DNA of 64,000 nt from Guillardia theta CCMP2712 (Eukaryota; Protista; Cryptophyta). The DNA is taken from NCBI RefSeq assembly GCF_000315625.1, contig NW_005434615.1, positions 316,852 through 380,851 of the forward strand, read 5' to 3'. Shown piece after piece: positions 1 through 13,500 of this stretch; within the stretch, counting starts at the first letter, position 1; each line of letters starts with the position of its first letter. The notes under the pieces are model-generated. The model saw only the letters and a program-made list of their open reading frames with translations, was not told the origin of the DNA and did not search any database. A program made the translations under genes and the position numbers.

Positions 1-632
1 CAAACTCAGGCAAAGGCTGCCCAGCCAAAAAATGCTGCGAAGGGTAAGACCGCAATCTCACAGCCTTCATCCTACGAGAGTGTGCCCCAGGTCTGATCTT
101 GAGAGTTTCCCACGGCTGCGTGATTCCACTTGAATTTCCAGGTATCGGCCCACATGGCAGAGTCTATTCTTGCCATGCTCTTGCAAGAAGGAGTCACGTT
201 GGACGGCAAGGAGGAGCAGCTGAAGAACAAGATGCAAGGTGATTTTGGTGGTTTCAAATCGCCCCGGCATTGAACAAAGGACAACAGAGTTGATCACTAC
301 ACCTCTTGTGGCTCTAAAGAACACGTCGTATACTTCTGGTGTGTTATGAATGCATTCATGTGGTCATGATATTTTGTTTGCAGGTTTCCATTCCAACAGA
401 AATCAGGCACCCACACCAAACTTTGTGGTTCGAAGGAACTGAAGTAAAGATCGATGACTATATTTTGCAAAAACACAATGAATGCACTGGAGAATGCAAG
501 ATCAGCAATGAAAACAGGTCCCCCAACACCTTTTCCCCCACTGCCATTCCTTTAAAATGGTTGATGGAGAGTATCCGAGAATACAAACAAGAAGAGGATA
601 CAAGAAGAATGGAAGTTGTACTACAAACGTAA
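1..632 (+). CDS. 3' part of an unknown multi-exon gene (5' end outside the window)
   Basis: GT..AG intron-like breaks (e.g. gtaag at 44, ttgcag at ~383) separate open segments such as MAESILAMLLQEGVTLDGKEEQLKNKMQ and SPNTFSPTAIPLKWLMESIREYKQEEDTRR. No family recognised. Confidence 0.4.
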
Positions 633-762
633 CAAGAATCTTTGTTCGCACATGATTTGACTGTCATAATCTGCTAAGAAAACCAAGGTTCTCGTTCTAG
701 AGAATTGTCGAGCTGTGCCAGATAGTCAGGTTTTATCTGAGGGGCTCCTGAGCATGTTTAAT

Positions 763-1764
763 TTAGTTTCCTTTTTGCATTGCCTCCATCGCATCCCTGT
801 GCAGCATGTTGTGTTCCTCACCAATGGGATAATTGCAATCAATGTGAAGTTCAGTGTCTTTCACAAACGTCTTGAGCTTCTTATCAAGATCCTCAGAATC
901 ACTGCCAGTCAACGTTCGAACATACTGGGCAGGACGGCCCTGCCAGACCTCATTTGCTGGAATACGACGACCTGGGGGGACAATAGAGCCAGGGCCAACT
1001 TGGGCACCAGCTTCAACCAAAGCTCCCTCGCAGATCACAGAGTTGGCACCAATGACGACTCTGTCCTGGATGGTGCAAGACCTCAGGTAACATCCTGGTT
1101 CTATCGTGACGTAGTGTCCGATCGTAACACTCTTTTCGAGATCCTCCAGACGTCCTCCACTCTCATCGGTATCGATAGAAATATCGGTCATATCACTGTC
1201 TGATGTGATGACGCTGTTTTCACCCACTTGACACCGAAACCCTATCAGCACAGGTCCTTCGTCACCTCTGATCACTGATCCATAGTACACTGCAGAGTTG
1301 TCCCCGAGAGTGACATCTCCAACGATGGTAGCATCGGGTGCCACAAATGTTCCCTGTGCGATGTCGGGTATCGCGGTGCCAATGGGAATGCTGACCCGAT
1401 GTCTGTGGACTGCAAAAACGAATCACTCGCGATTCTATGTACCATCGCATGGATTAAGGAGACGGCAACACATCATCATATTTTGGTCTAGGATCGAGCA
1501 TGGAGTGATTTTGAAAACACACACAAGCACACCACAAACAAAGAGCTACTCACAAGCTTTGCTGAGCTCCACGATAGACGTTTTGACGTCCATATTCATG
1601 AGCTTGCCAGCTTCACTGTATCGATCCTCGGGCTTCTCAGCCTCTTTGGGGTCAAGGAAAGAGTTTCCAGGATTGTTCATGCTTTGGAGATGCCTGACAG
1701 GGAAGGGCCTGACAATCTTCACCCCCACTGGCATGAGCTTCTTCAGCATGTTTCCGCGGAGCAT
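763..1764 (-). CDS. Gamma carbonic anhydrase-like (CAL-type) mitochondrial complex I subunit, 3 exons
   Basis: Hexapeptide left-handed beta-helix (APDATIVGDVTLGDNSAVYYGSVIRGD..., LRSCTIQDRVVIGANSVI, W.GRPAQYVR). Basic N-terminal presequence MLRGNMLKKLMPVGVKIVR. Exons join in frame as ...SKA/YQNMMMCCRLLNPCD/VHRHRVSIP. The Zn-ligand histidines are replaced. Confidence 0.85.
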
Positions 1765-1969
1765 CGCGGCGGCGTCGAGGTCGATACAATTTTCCTATGA
1801 CCTCCCTAGGACCAGTTGCACCATCTCCTCGTAGGATAGCTACAAGTTTTCCTCGGACCAATCAAGATAGTCCCTACCATTTGGTAATACTCTCAGGTCA
1901 TAGAAAGGTACTATTTCCCTAGAGCTGTTCGAACGCCCTACGACACCATTGTGCCTCATCCCCACTAAA

Positions 1970-2240
1970 CCCGGCCACCGCTGTGGTGACTCAGCCGTTC
2001 CGGCGGAGGGTTCACCTCAGGCCGCTACGGGGCCGGGGTGCCAGCCCTGCCCGGCCGCCGACTGCGCCGACTGCTGTCCCCCAAACTTTTACCGTCAGTG
2101 AACTGTGATACCTTCCGAAGGTCACCTCACATGCCACTGAGTCGGATCGGCCCGGGGGCTGGGCCTCGGACTGAGTCCCGGGGCCCGAGTGCCAGGCCCG
2201 GCGGCCAGCGGGTGGCCCAGTGGCGACGCATCATTGATCC
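1970..2240. repeat. GC-rich intergenic tract built from GACTC/GAGTC, CACTGAG and GGCCCGG words
   Basis: The same short-word vocabulary recurs at ~10170-10220, 43710-44000, 50950-51480 and 58305-58400. Confidence 0.5.
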
Positions 2241-2565
2241 CACAGTGATCCCCTTCCCCGCTCAGTCCCATATCTCTTCCCCATCCTCGGCATGCATCGG
2301 TTCCTTCCTAGGTAGACGAGGGGGAGGAGAGCTATCTAGCGCAAGAGATCTGATTCTTTCTCTCTTGACTGAATGTTGAAATGCTGCCATCTGTGATATG
2401 TTGAATCGTCTTCTGTCTCTGATTGATCTTAACTGGAACAATTGGAAGGAGGGGCGGAATGGATTGTTCACCACAGTATGATTTTCTCAATTGACCGGGC
2501 GTGATTATGCTGAATGTTTCTCCCTTTGCATTGCTTGATTGCGTTTCATCGGCAACCTGACTGTC

Positions 2566-3533
2566 ATGTTGCTTAGATCTTTGAAAACGGTTGCTACCGC
2601 TTCATTTGGGCTTGCGGGAGCCAATCTGTTGCTTTCCAACAGGCCACGAGAGGCGTTTGCTCATTGCCAAGTATCTTATCTTTTCGGTCGTAATTCTTCT
2701 TACAGCATCTCATCTACAGGTGCCCTGTGGAATATTTGATGATGCGGCTGTAAGATTACCTGTCCTCTTGCCGTCTTCATCGTGAACCATGCTGTTTAGC
2801 GCTTTAAATTGATGTTTGAGGACATCAGAACGATTAAGAAAGCCCAGGTCTGTTTTGTAGTCGACATGTGCTCCGGTGTTGAGCAGTCTTTGCAGGGGCT
2901 GGTTCAGGACTTGTCTGTTTTGAAGGATGCTCAATCAATGTGAGAACTGTCGGGAGAGCATAAGCCTCCAAACGATAATCCTAAACCCTAAACCCTAAAT
3001 CTTGTCCTTGCGATTGCAAACTTGATCTGCTTCATGTGTCATGTTCATCGTTAGTCCATTCAGCTGAATTGATGCGCTGACTTTGCATATCTCTAATAGC
3101 AATCAAACTGTCCGATGGATCAATACCAAGGAAGAGCATGCGAGTCGAATCATCGAGACTCTTTGTCAGGTTTTGAACCATGACGTTGTGTTTTTGAAAG
3201 ACCTTTGAACCCGTTTGGGCGCGTAGTATGTCCTGGCACAGCGTATCAAAGCACCAGCGGACACGAGCAGTCCCAAGTATGAAAATTACGTCAAGTTGGT
3301 TGTGGTAAAGTACCACATTTCGCAAAGCACGCCTGACAGTGTTTTCAGTCTGTGCACCAAGCATTACAACTTGCTGTGACCTGCAAGCAGAAGGCAGATC
3401 CTCAGTCGGCAAGTGATCTTCACAAGGCAATGAATTCTACAATGAATTCTACATCTTCTCACCTCAGGCTGATGAACCATGACAGGCCCTGGAAGATGTG
3501 TGGGAGAAATACGACCAATACATGAACCACTGA
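2566..3533 (+). CDS. sodN: Nickel superoxide dismutase precursor, ~7-8 exons
   Basis: Manual splicing gives MLLRSLKTVATASFGLAGANLLLSNRPREAFA-HCQ|VPCGIFDDAA|RFKLMFEDIRTIKKAQ|...NQTVRWINTKEEHASRIIETLCQ|YVLAQRIK...YENYVKLVV|SVHQALQLAVTCKQKAD...|ALEDVWEKYDQYMNH*. It carries the Ni-hook HCxxPCGx(F/Y)D and the R-W-I-x-x-K-E-x-H-A motif. Confidence 0.9.
2979..2999. repeat. Short (CCCTAAA)-type telomere-like repeat inside a sodN intron
   Basis: cctaaaccctaaaccctaaa, ~3 units of the TTTAGGG complement. Confidence 0.5.
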
Positions 3534-3628
3534 CACAACTTCGATACTATTGATTTTATACAATGCGGAATCATTTTTAAAAGTTGTGCATAACGTGCAG
3601 CCTACAAATTGTTGTATGATGAGAAAAG

Positions 3629-5887
3629 TTACTCATCAAATTGCTCCTTCACGCCTGGCTTAGGCATGTACGACGAGAGATCGATCTCATCAGGCAGAGG
3701 TTCCACCTTCACAGCGAAGCGTGCTTGAACCTTCTCGAAGATGGATTGATCGTTGATCTTGCCAGAGGGATCTTCGGTGGTCGAGATGAAGCTGATCGCC
3801 ATACCCTTGTTACCAAAACGGCCTGCACGACCAACGCGATGCATGTAGGTGTCTGCCTCGATGGGGAAGTCATAGTTGAAAACGATGTTCACCCTCTCGA
3901 TATCCAGGCCACGTGCACCAAGGTCTGTTGTGACCAGGATGCGAGCCTCGAACTTCTTGAACTTGTTGTATGTCGCAATACTGGAAAGATAACGTCACCA
4001 CATGTTAGAAAAAAGAAACACGAAGGAAGAAATAGGATCTCATCAGCAATCTATAATACCCACTGTGTTGGTTTCGATCAGCAAATCAGAGGCCAACAGG
4101 CACCCGGGAGGGAGCGTCAACCACGTCAGTGGGACACTCAACCTCTTAAACCGGGCCATCATCGAGACACATACAAAGCAAAAGCGCTACAACCAGACAT
4201 TTACCGCTCAGTGGCATCCATGTCTGAGTGCAATTCGATGGATGGAAACTTGGATTCTTGGAGGATTTTGTTCAGAGAGTGACACCTTCGCTTGTCACGA
4301 ACGAAAATAACAACTTGGTTGAACTCTGTACAGGAAATCGGTACAAGTGAAAGTTATGTTGATCTTGCTTACCAAGAATGTCCATGAGATCAGTCAGTTT
4401 GCGCGTCTTCTGAGACTCTTCCAGCTTGATGTAGAATTGGCTCAGGCCGTGCAAGCTGAGTTTGTCCATATCAATCAGGATTTCCTTCGGCTGCAACCCA
4501 ATCCGTCTCAGAATCTTCTAAGCATCATTCGAGGAGAATCACACATCCAGACAACACATCGCTCCTACCAATCTAAACAAAGTAATGAAGAACTTCTTGA
4601 AATGAATGCAGCTAAGGAAGCCAAAAGACACATCGATCGAGATTTCACCAAGAACCGACCAGAGGTAGCTCGAGTTCAAACAAATATTCCATCAATTTGG
4701 AGAACTGGGTCAATTTCGATGAGGGTGGGGGATGCTTACTTTTTGGACGAACTTCATGACTGTTCCTTTGATCTCGGGAGGAAGAGTTGCCGAGAAGCAC
4801 ATGGTCTGCTTGTTCTTGGGGGTAGTGTAAAAGATCTCTTGAACGTCTTGACGCATGTCAGCTTTCTCAAGAACCTTGTCAACCTCATCGATGACAAAAA
4901 TCTTCAGTCTCGACAAGTCCAGGGCCTTTCTCTGGACAAGGACCTTGAGTCGTCCCGGACATCCAACCACAATATGCGGCTTGTCCTTTGTGAGGCTTGC
5001 TTCCTGCTGAGGGAGAGGAACACCTCCGTAAATGCACTGGACTGTGATACCCTCAAGATAGGCCTTGAACCTCTCGAATTCCTTGGCAACCTGGTATGCA
5101 AGCTCCCTGGTGTGCACCACAACCAAAGCTTGCAAGGATTGCTCATCCGCAGCAATCCTTTCAAGGATCACGGTGACGAACACGGCGGTCTTGCCCATCC
5201 CCGCTTTGGCTTGGGCAACGATATCATGTCCAGCTAGACCGTCCGGAATAGCCTCCTCTTGAACTGTAGGAATGTACCGTTGCAAGGACAATGTCACAAA
5301 CTGTCAAAGCATCCATCCACACAATGCCACATGCTTCGGGTAGAACAGCTTGCGCCGTGAGGAGGGGGGATAATGCCAAAGCATAAGTCCCAATCCACCT
5401 CAGGCATAATCCAACTCCCTCTGACATGTCGATTTCCACGATAAATGGCATATCTACCTTTAGATGGATGCTCGAAGGCACAGTCGTTGATCGCTCTCAA
5501 AAGTTCCGGCTTAAGAAGGAAATCACGGAAGCTTGCAGCACTCGTGGAAATATGCCCCGCAGTTTGCTGGGTACGAGCGGATGGTGCTTCTTCCTCCTGC
5601 GATAATAAAACGTTCAGTTGGGGGCGAATGAAGCTCCACAGATGGGATAAAGGTAACTCAAACATTTAACGCCATTCCTCCGAGTCAAACCACATTTCCC
5701 CACATGGCATAGAATTTCTCAAGGAACTTTCTCAATGGGTTGGCAGTCAGAAGCAAGCAAATCAGATCACCGAAGAAGCACACAACAACACGCAGGAAAT
5801 AATAACAAGAAATAATGAACAAAAAACCATCGAACTTCCTACCTTATCAGAGTCAGAATCATACTGGGGAAGGTCTTCGTCCGCCAT
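3629..5887 (-). CDS. SUB2: DEAD-box RNA helicase UAP56/SUB2 (DDX39), multi-exon
   Basis: [12 protein letters not shown]; [24 protein letters not shown]; AKAGMGKT; HTRELAYQ; [18 protein letters not shown]; SAT; [10 protein letters not shown]; [12 protein letters not shown]. Confidence 0.93.
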
Positions 5888-6620
5888 GGCGCCGCGCTTT
5901 CTCACGCGCCGCGGATCCTCCCGCCTTTTTTTAGGACCCCCTCCATGAACTTGGATTCTTGATTTTGAAATTTTATCGCATAATTATGATCATATGACAT
6001 CACGTGTAGGAATTTACTAGGACCTGGCTTGTACAATCGATCAATAGTTTTAATTCATAGATCGAAAATCTTCCTCGGCGCTGACCTGTCCCTGCCGAGA
6101 AACCTAGGCAAACCCTGTGAGCTGCGTACCGATAGCTTTAGTCTATATACGCGAAGATAGTTGACTAATACTTTCATATTATACTTGAACCCACAAGGAT
6201 CACCCCACCTCAAATCACCGCACCCTTTCCACATGATTCCACCCTAGGCTTTCCTTGCTCAGAACCGGTGGTTTATAGTACATTTGAACGGTAGGGTATT
6301 TGACAATTGGTGGGTAGGGTAGTTGGAGAGCACTGGACACTGCAGGGTTTGAGGTTAAATATTTTTAGATATTTCATTTCGTTTGTACTTTTCAGTACCA
6401 AGTTTCCAAGTTTCACTTTTTAATATGTAATAATTTGTACTATGTAATACACATATTTAAAATGTACAATCCGTCATAATACCAATATATATAGTTTTAA
6501 AATCTGTAGGTACCAACATCCGCCTCGGTCGGAATTTGGAAGGTAGAAGTCCAGGCCTACCCATTGCTGCTGTTGTCCTCCCCTCCTACTCCCGCTCGCT
6601 CTTCCTCCCTGACACCGACG

Positions 6621-8017
<1,397 letters not shown>

Positions 8018-8231
8018 GTCTCAGCTTTTCATACGATCGGATCAAACCCTGAGGGGTCATTCCAATCCTAAGATAGTATTTTGAAATGAATTCATTTATC
8101 AATACCTAATGGTAATGATTGGGCTCTTGTATGTATATGTACACGTCGAAGAATTCGTCCGGGTCAGGAAAAACGACCAATGGAAAAAGAGATGGGATGC
8201 GATTGATGAAGTTCCTGTGCTTGCAGAGCCG

Positions 8232-9975
8232 TTACTTCATGAGACGTAAGACTTTGACGACAGCTCGTCTGCCATACACACGGAGCAAAGCGTGCATCAT
8301 CCTTCTACGCAAGCTCATTGACAATCTGACGGAAAGACTTGGCGGTAATCTGTTCGTACTGGCATAATGATCTCCTTGGCCAGGGACCCGTACACTCTCA
8401 TCACTCGAAGGATTCTTCCGCACAAAGCAAGCGACGAAAAACCCCATGGAATGCTCTTCCGGTGTTACCCGTACACACTTGTCCGCCTACACGCAAGAAA
8501 AAGTCAAAAACTGATCTGAACAGTATTCGAGATATACATCAGGAAAGACGGGAAGTCCTCTCCGAGACCAATTGGGAAGAATTCTCTTCAGCTCGAAATC
8601 TGCTTTCCTTGCCTCCAGACAAGACTCAACAACGTCTTCATTCTCCTGCTGGTGGATGGAGCATCTGAGCTCTTGCATTAAATTTCTTTCCGAAAAGTCT
8701 AGAGGACAAGACTCACGTGCTGTAAACGACTCTTCGAACATTTGGAAAGCTCAGAGCATGCAAAAGCGCCTTCTTCTGGAACGCACAGAGACGTTGGAGA
8801 CGCTCTTCTTCCTTCTCCTAGCGGTCTTGATCAATACAGGTTGATGGACATTGCACTAAACGACAGATGCACAGTGAGAAAAAGGACAACCTTTGATTTC
8901 GCATCCATCCTCTCTTCTCTGCCCACAATCCCCGATCCGCTGCAGCTCGGGTCCAGCAGAATACCCTGTTCAACTACAACTTCACAATTCCACATCGTAC
9001 CCCACCCCAGTTCTCCTCCTACCTGTACGTGAGAGAAGGGTTTGACTTTGGCACTGACAGACAGAAAGTCTTTCTTCATCACGGTAATGTTGCTGGCCCC
9101 CATCTTCTCCACCGTCTCTTGCAGGAGCTTCACTCGATCTTGATTGATGTCGAGCGCAACAATCTTCCCCCGGTTCCCCATCAAGGCGCTCAGGTGAGTA
9201 GTCTTGTTTCCTGGAGCCGCGCAGGCGTCCAGAGCAAACTCAATGTCGTTGTCCTCCATCATCACCCTCGCTGGCATGCAGCTGGCTTTCTCTTGGATCC
9301 GAACGAAATGATCCCCAACCAGCTGGCTCTTGTGGAAGTCAGACGTCGATCGCAGCATCAGAAGATCGTCGAAGTCGGGATCCAGACAGAATACCTTCGA
9401 CTTGTTCATCGAAAGCGTTTGCATGAATTCCTGATGAGACAATTGCTCCCACGAGTCCGCCAACAGACCCTCCACCACTTCCGCCATGGTTGTCCTGAGA
9501 ACGTTCACTCGCAGGTACTTGAGGTTATGAGAGGGTCGATGTGCACTTTCTCTTGAGAGATCGTCTACACTCTTAATTCCTCGCTTTTCAAGCTGACGGC
9601 CAAGAGCCTTCACAAGACCTTCTCGATGGCCCTTGACCAGTCGACTGGCTTCCCCCCCACCTTGGATCTTCTTCTTGCCCAACAGGATCTCGTACACGAG
9701 AACCTTGAGCAAGAACGGTTTGAACCTATTCTCCTCGCTGGCAAGCCCAGTTGTCTTCATGCATTCATCTATCAGGTTGGAGAGCCTACAGGAGCACGCA
9801 AAGAATCAGCATCCTTTAACAATTCCAACAACAGCAACCTTGTCGTCTCCGCTGCAAGTGCCAGGGTGGCCTTCTTGTTTCTGATCGAAGGGGCGAGAGA
9901 AAGTCTCGACAAGGTTCCCTTCCTCTTCCCTGCCTGCTCCAGGACTGAGCTCGCGTCCTGGTACAGCGGGTACAT
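8232..9975 (-). CDS. NSUN5: 25S/28S rRNA m5C methyltransferase NSUN5/Rcm1, multi-exon
   Basis: MYPLYQDASSVL..RKGTL N-terminus; VLVYEILLGK; YLRVNVLR; IQEKASCMPA; LDACAAPGNKTTH; ILLDPSCSGSG; CSIHQQENEDVV; GFFVACF. Confidence 0.9.
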
Positions 9976-10593
9976 CTATCCCTCTCTACCCTCACGTGCG
10001 GCCACCAATCTCGCCATTGTGGTTCATAGGCCGAGTACCCCATGGTCATCCCACCCCCAATCAAAGCGAGATACCCCCAATTGGACTCACAGAGTACCCC
10101 AATTTTCCCAAGACTCCCTCATATTTACTCACCCCTACCCCCTCCGAAGAGGAGGACTGCTCTCGAACCCCGGGGCCCCGGGTGTGTGAACCTGCCCGGA
10201 CAGACTCCGACCGGGCCTGGTACTGTAAAACTATTTTAAGAACAGCGAGAAGGAGATTGAGTAAACTATTTATATTTATTTTTGAAAAGAAACTGTCCCA
10301 GATCTGGCGTATCGTTCCAAATCTTTGTTCTATTTCTCTTCCTCTATTTCCTCTTGGGCACAAAACTACCCCCTCACCCCCTCCACGACTACCACTGTCC
10401 CCAGTAACCCCACCCTTGGACTAATCTGCTGCGCGATCTGCCGTCGGACCCCCTATTCCCACTTACTTGACCCATCAATCATGGGGCAGAATCAGTACCC
10501 CATGCCCTTGCCATTGACCCCTACCCCCTCTAATCCACAACCTACCCCCTGCGGATCCTCCCTGCCAAACAAGGTTGAGCGCCGCCGCCCGTA

Positions 10594-13500
10594 ATGGCTG
10601 GGATGGAGGGAGCGGAGATGCAAGGCTGCCTTAGCAAGAAGAAGCTCGACCATGGTCGCTTCGAAGACCCGTACAAGCAGAAGGTCTACTGCTGGATCAA
10701 GGACGGCAAGTTCTACCTCTGCCCAGCGAACAATGATAAGCGTCCTGTAAGCTTATCGAACAAGGAGGTGTATGACCTCAACGATTGGAAGGTGAGTGGA
10801 TGACATGACTTCAAAACACACATACATACCATGGCTGAAAGTTCATCTCTACACCCGAAACATATCTTGTCTGATTCATGCTGGGTTGTTGCCCCAGAAT
10901 GTTTCTTCCGACTAAAATGGCATTCATTTCAGGTTGTCTTAGAGGACAAAGGAAAATTTGCGCTGGAAAACAATCACGGGGAACAAATCAAACTCAAATC
11001 AGATCATCCGACGGAAAGCAAAGCGTGGACTGATCAGATCACAAAGTCACTGAGAGACGCGGTCTACTTTTGGCTCGATGGTTTCCAGTACTGATCTGTC
11101 ACTCTGCTGATGAACAGAAGGAGAAAGAAAGGAGGGAAACTTTGAGAGCCCGAGAGCTCGCAGAGGAGCGCAAGAGGCAAGAAGAGAAAGCCAAGAAGCT
11201 AGAAACAGAAGTAGATTTTGTTTTCCTTTCCATTGTGGCAAGGATTTGATTTGGTTTCACCAGAAAGAACAAGAGAAAGCAATGGCAGAGAAAAAACGAA
11301 AGGAGGCGGAGGTGACATTGTTTACCCGTGCTATGTGCTTTATTCTAAATTTGGACTGCTTATAGACTGCAAAATCTGCAGAAAATCCGAAGCCTGCAGA
11401 GAGCGAGAGACCTCAGAAGACGGAAGGCGAGGAGGTACGTTTTTCTACATAAGCATCCCATTGTTGAACTTGCAATAGGAGAATAAGAGATTTCAGCATG
11501 CACAAAAGATGGTAGCTAAGCTCACGGACGATATCTCACAATATCAGGTGAAGACATCTATACGCCGTATGCTTCTTTGATACGATGTAGGGGAGAATAA
11601 AAGCAGCGGAGAAACGATTGGTGGAAGTGATTGGCCAAGAAAATGGTAATCATGTCATCGAACAAGGTCTTGTTTTGTCTTAAACTTTCTGATAGGGGGC
11701 AGCGAGAAATTTGAGGATCTTCTTGAGCAAATCGTCAAGGCATTAGATGAAGCAAACATGGGGCGTGAATCGGCGGAAATGGCTCTTGAAATTGAGGTTT
11801 GCAAACCAATTATATTTTGTCGATCTCCTGATAGTGTATCACTTGATGATCTATCTGATGAACTTTGATCCTTAACGTTTCGCATGTTTATTATCCGTTT
11901 CTTTCATAGATGGGAAACTCAACAAAACTGCAAGCGGATCTGACTGTTCTGAATGAGGAGATGGTAAGCTTACATTTTCAGTGGTCATGGTGGGTTGATA
12001 GCATGATTCAGGATAATCTGAAGAGCAGAACAGGCAGTGAAGATGGCGCTGTATCATTCCGACTTTGAGCTAATTTAATCCTAAATGTCTGCATTGCCAG
12101 GCCAAGGAAGGTTCGGAAGAGCTGAAATCTCGGCTTGCAGTCCTAGAGCAGGTAAAGCCGAACTTTGCTCGGAGTAACTCCATCTATGCTCTATGACACC
12201 TTTTTCCAAGGAAAATGCCGATTTACAGAATGAGTTGACCGAAGCTCTGAAAATATGTGAAGCACTTCAAAGTCAGGTACTTGACATGATAGACCTCGGT
12301 CGATCTACATCGCTGTGTCAGCTCATCATGCACATGTTGATCCACAGGCGGATCCAGCTCTTGATCAGAAGATGGAACAAGTTTTGAACGAGCTGAACAA
12401 GCAAAAGGAAGAGTCACAAGAGACCACGGCAAAGCTCACGGCAGCAGAATCGAACCTCAAATCTAAGGATTCAGAACTTGCAGAAGCTAAGCAGAAGCTT
12501 GCCGATCTAAAGGCGGTGAGAGACTCAGATGTCTTCGGTTTTCATCCTGAATGCAAAGGATAGGAGTTTGATGCTTTGAAAACTGAGCTTGCCAAAGCGC
12601 AAGAGAAACTGGGAAGCTTGCAAGGAGCGGAAGAAAGTGCAGGAAATAGTGAAGCTTTGAGGAGCGAAATTGACAAATTGCAGAAGGAGGTCCTGATTTC
12701 TTACTCCATTTTCTGACCTGTGAATCTCACATTGAATGTAGCTGGAAACGGAGAAAAATCGTATCAAAGACGTGGAGAAGAAGGTTTTCTGAATGTGAAG
12801 GACTCAAAGTCCTGAAGATGGTATTAGGCCGATGAGGAGAAGCAGCAATTGTTGGCTGTGCGGTATGGTGACCTCTCACTTTCTTGTTGGTGTATTCATG
12901 CTTGTTTGGTTTTTCAGCGCGGAGCTAGACAAGGAAAGGGAGCTCAGGCAAGATGCAGAAAGGAAAGCGCAGGAGCATTCTCAGGGCAACGTATGTGAAA
13001 TTGGCAGAGAACACGGTGAATCTAAGAAGCCTTTTCCAGGATGCGAACCCTGCTGAGGAAGACTTCCTTGTATTGTCACAAAAGCTGGATGTAAACAAAG
13101 CTTACTGAAGCCGATCGTTGTTCATGACGAGATCTAGGTTGAAGTCCAACAAACCAAATATTTACAAGAAGAACTTGAAATTGCGAAGCAAGTGGTAAGT
13201 GCCCTTTCGTTTGGATCATAAGAGTTATTGGGAAATAGCACGATTTGTGAAGTCACTTGATACTGATGCTGATGCCTCTTAATTGTTGTCTTCTGCTAGC
13301 CTCCAGAGCTGTATTTTCATGTGTTTGATTCTACCATCTGCAGATTGAAGACTTGCAAGCAAAGATGGATGATGAAAAGATGCAAGCAGATGAAATTCAA
13401 ACCGTATGTCAAACTAATGTGCACTTGAGGAGGCTCATTTTGTGCAACAGTCTCTAAAGTCACAATTGAAAGAAAGCGAGGAAACCATCACGAAGCTGAG

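Noticed and set aside
3032-3430. 132-aa minus-strand ORF
   Set aside because: Antisense shadow of sodN exons
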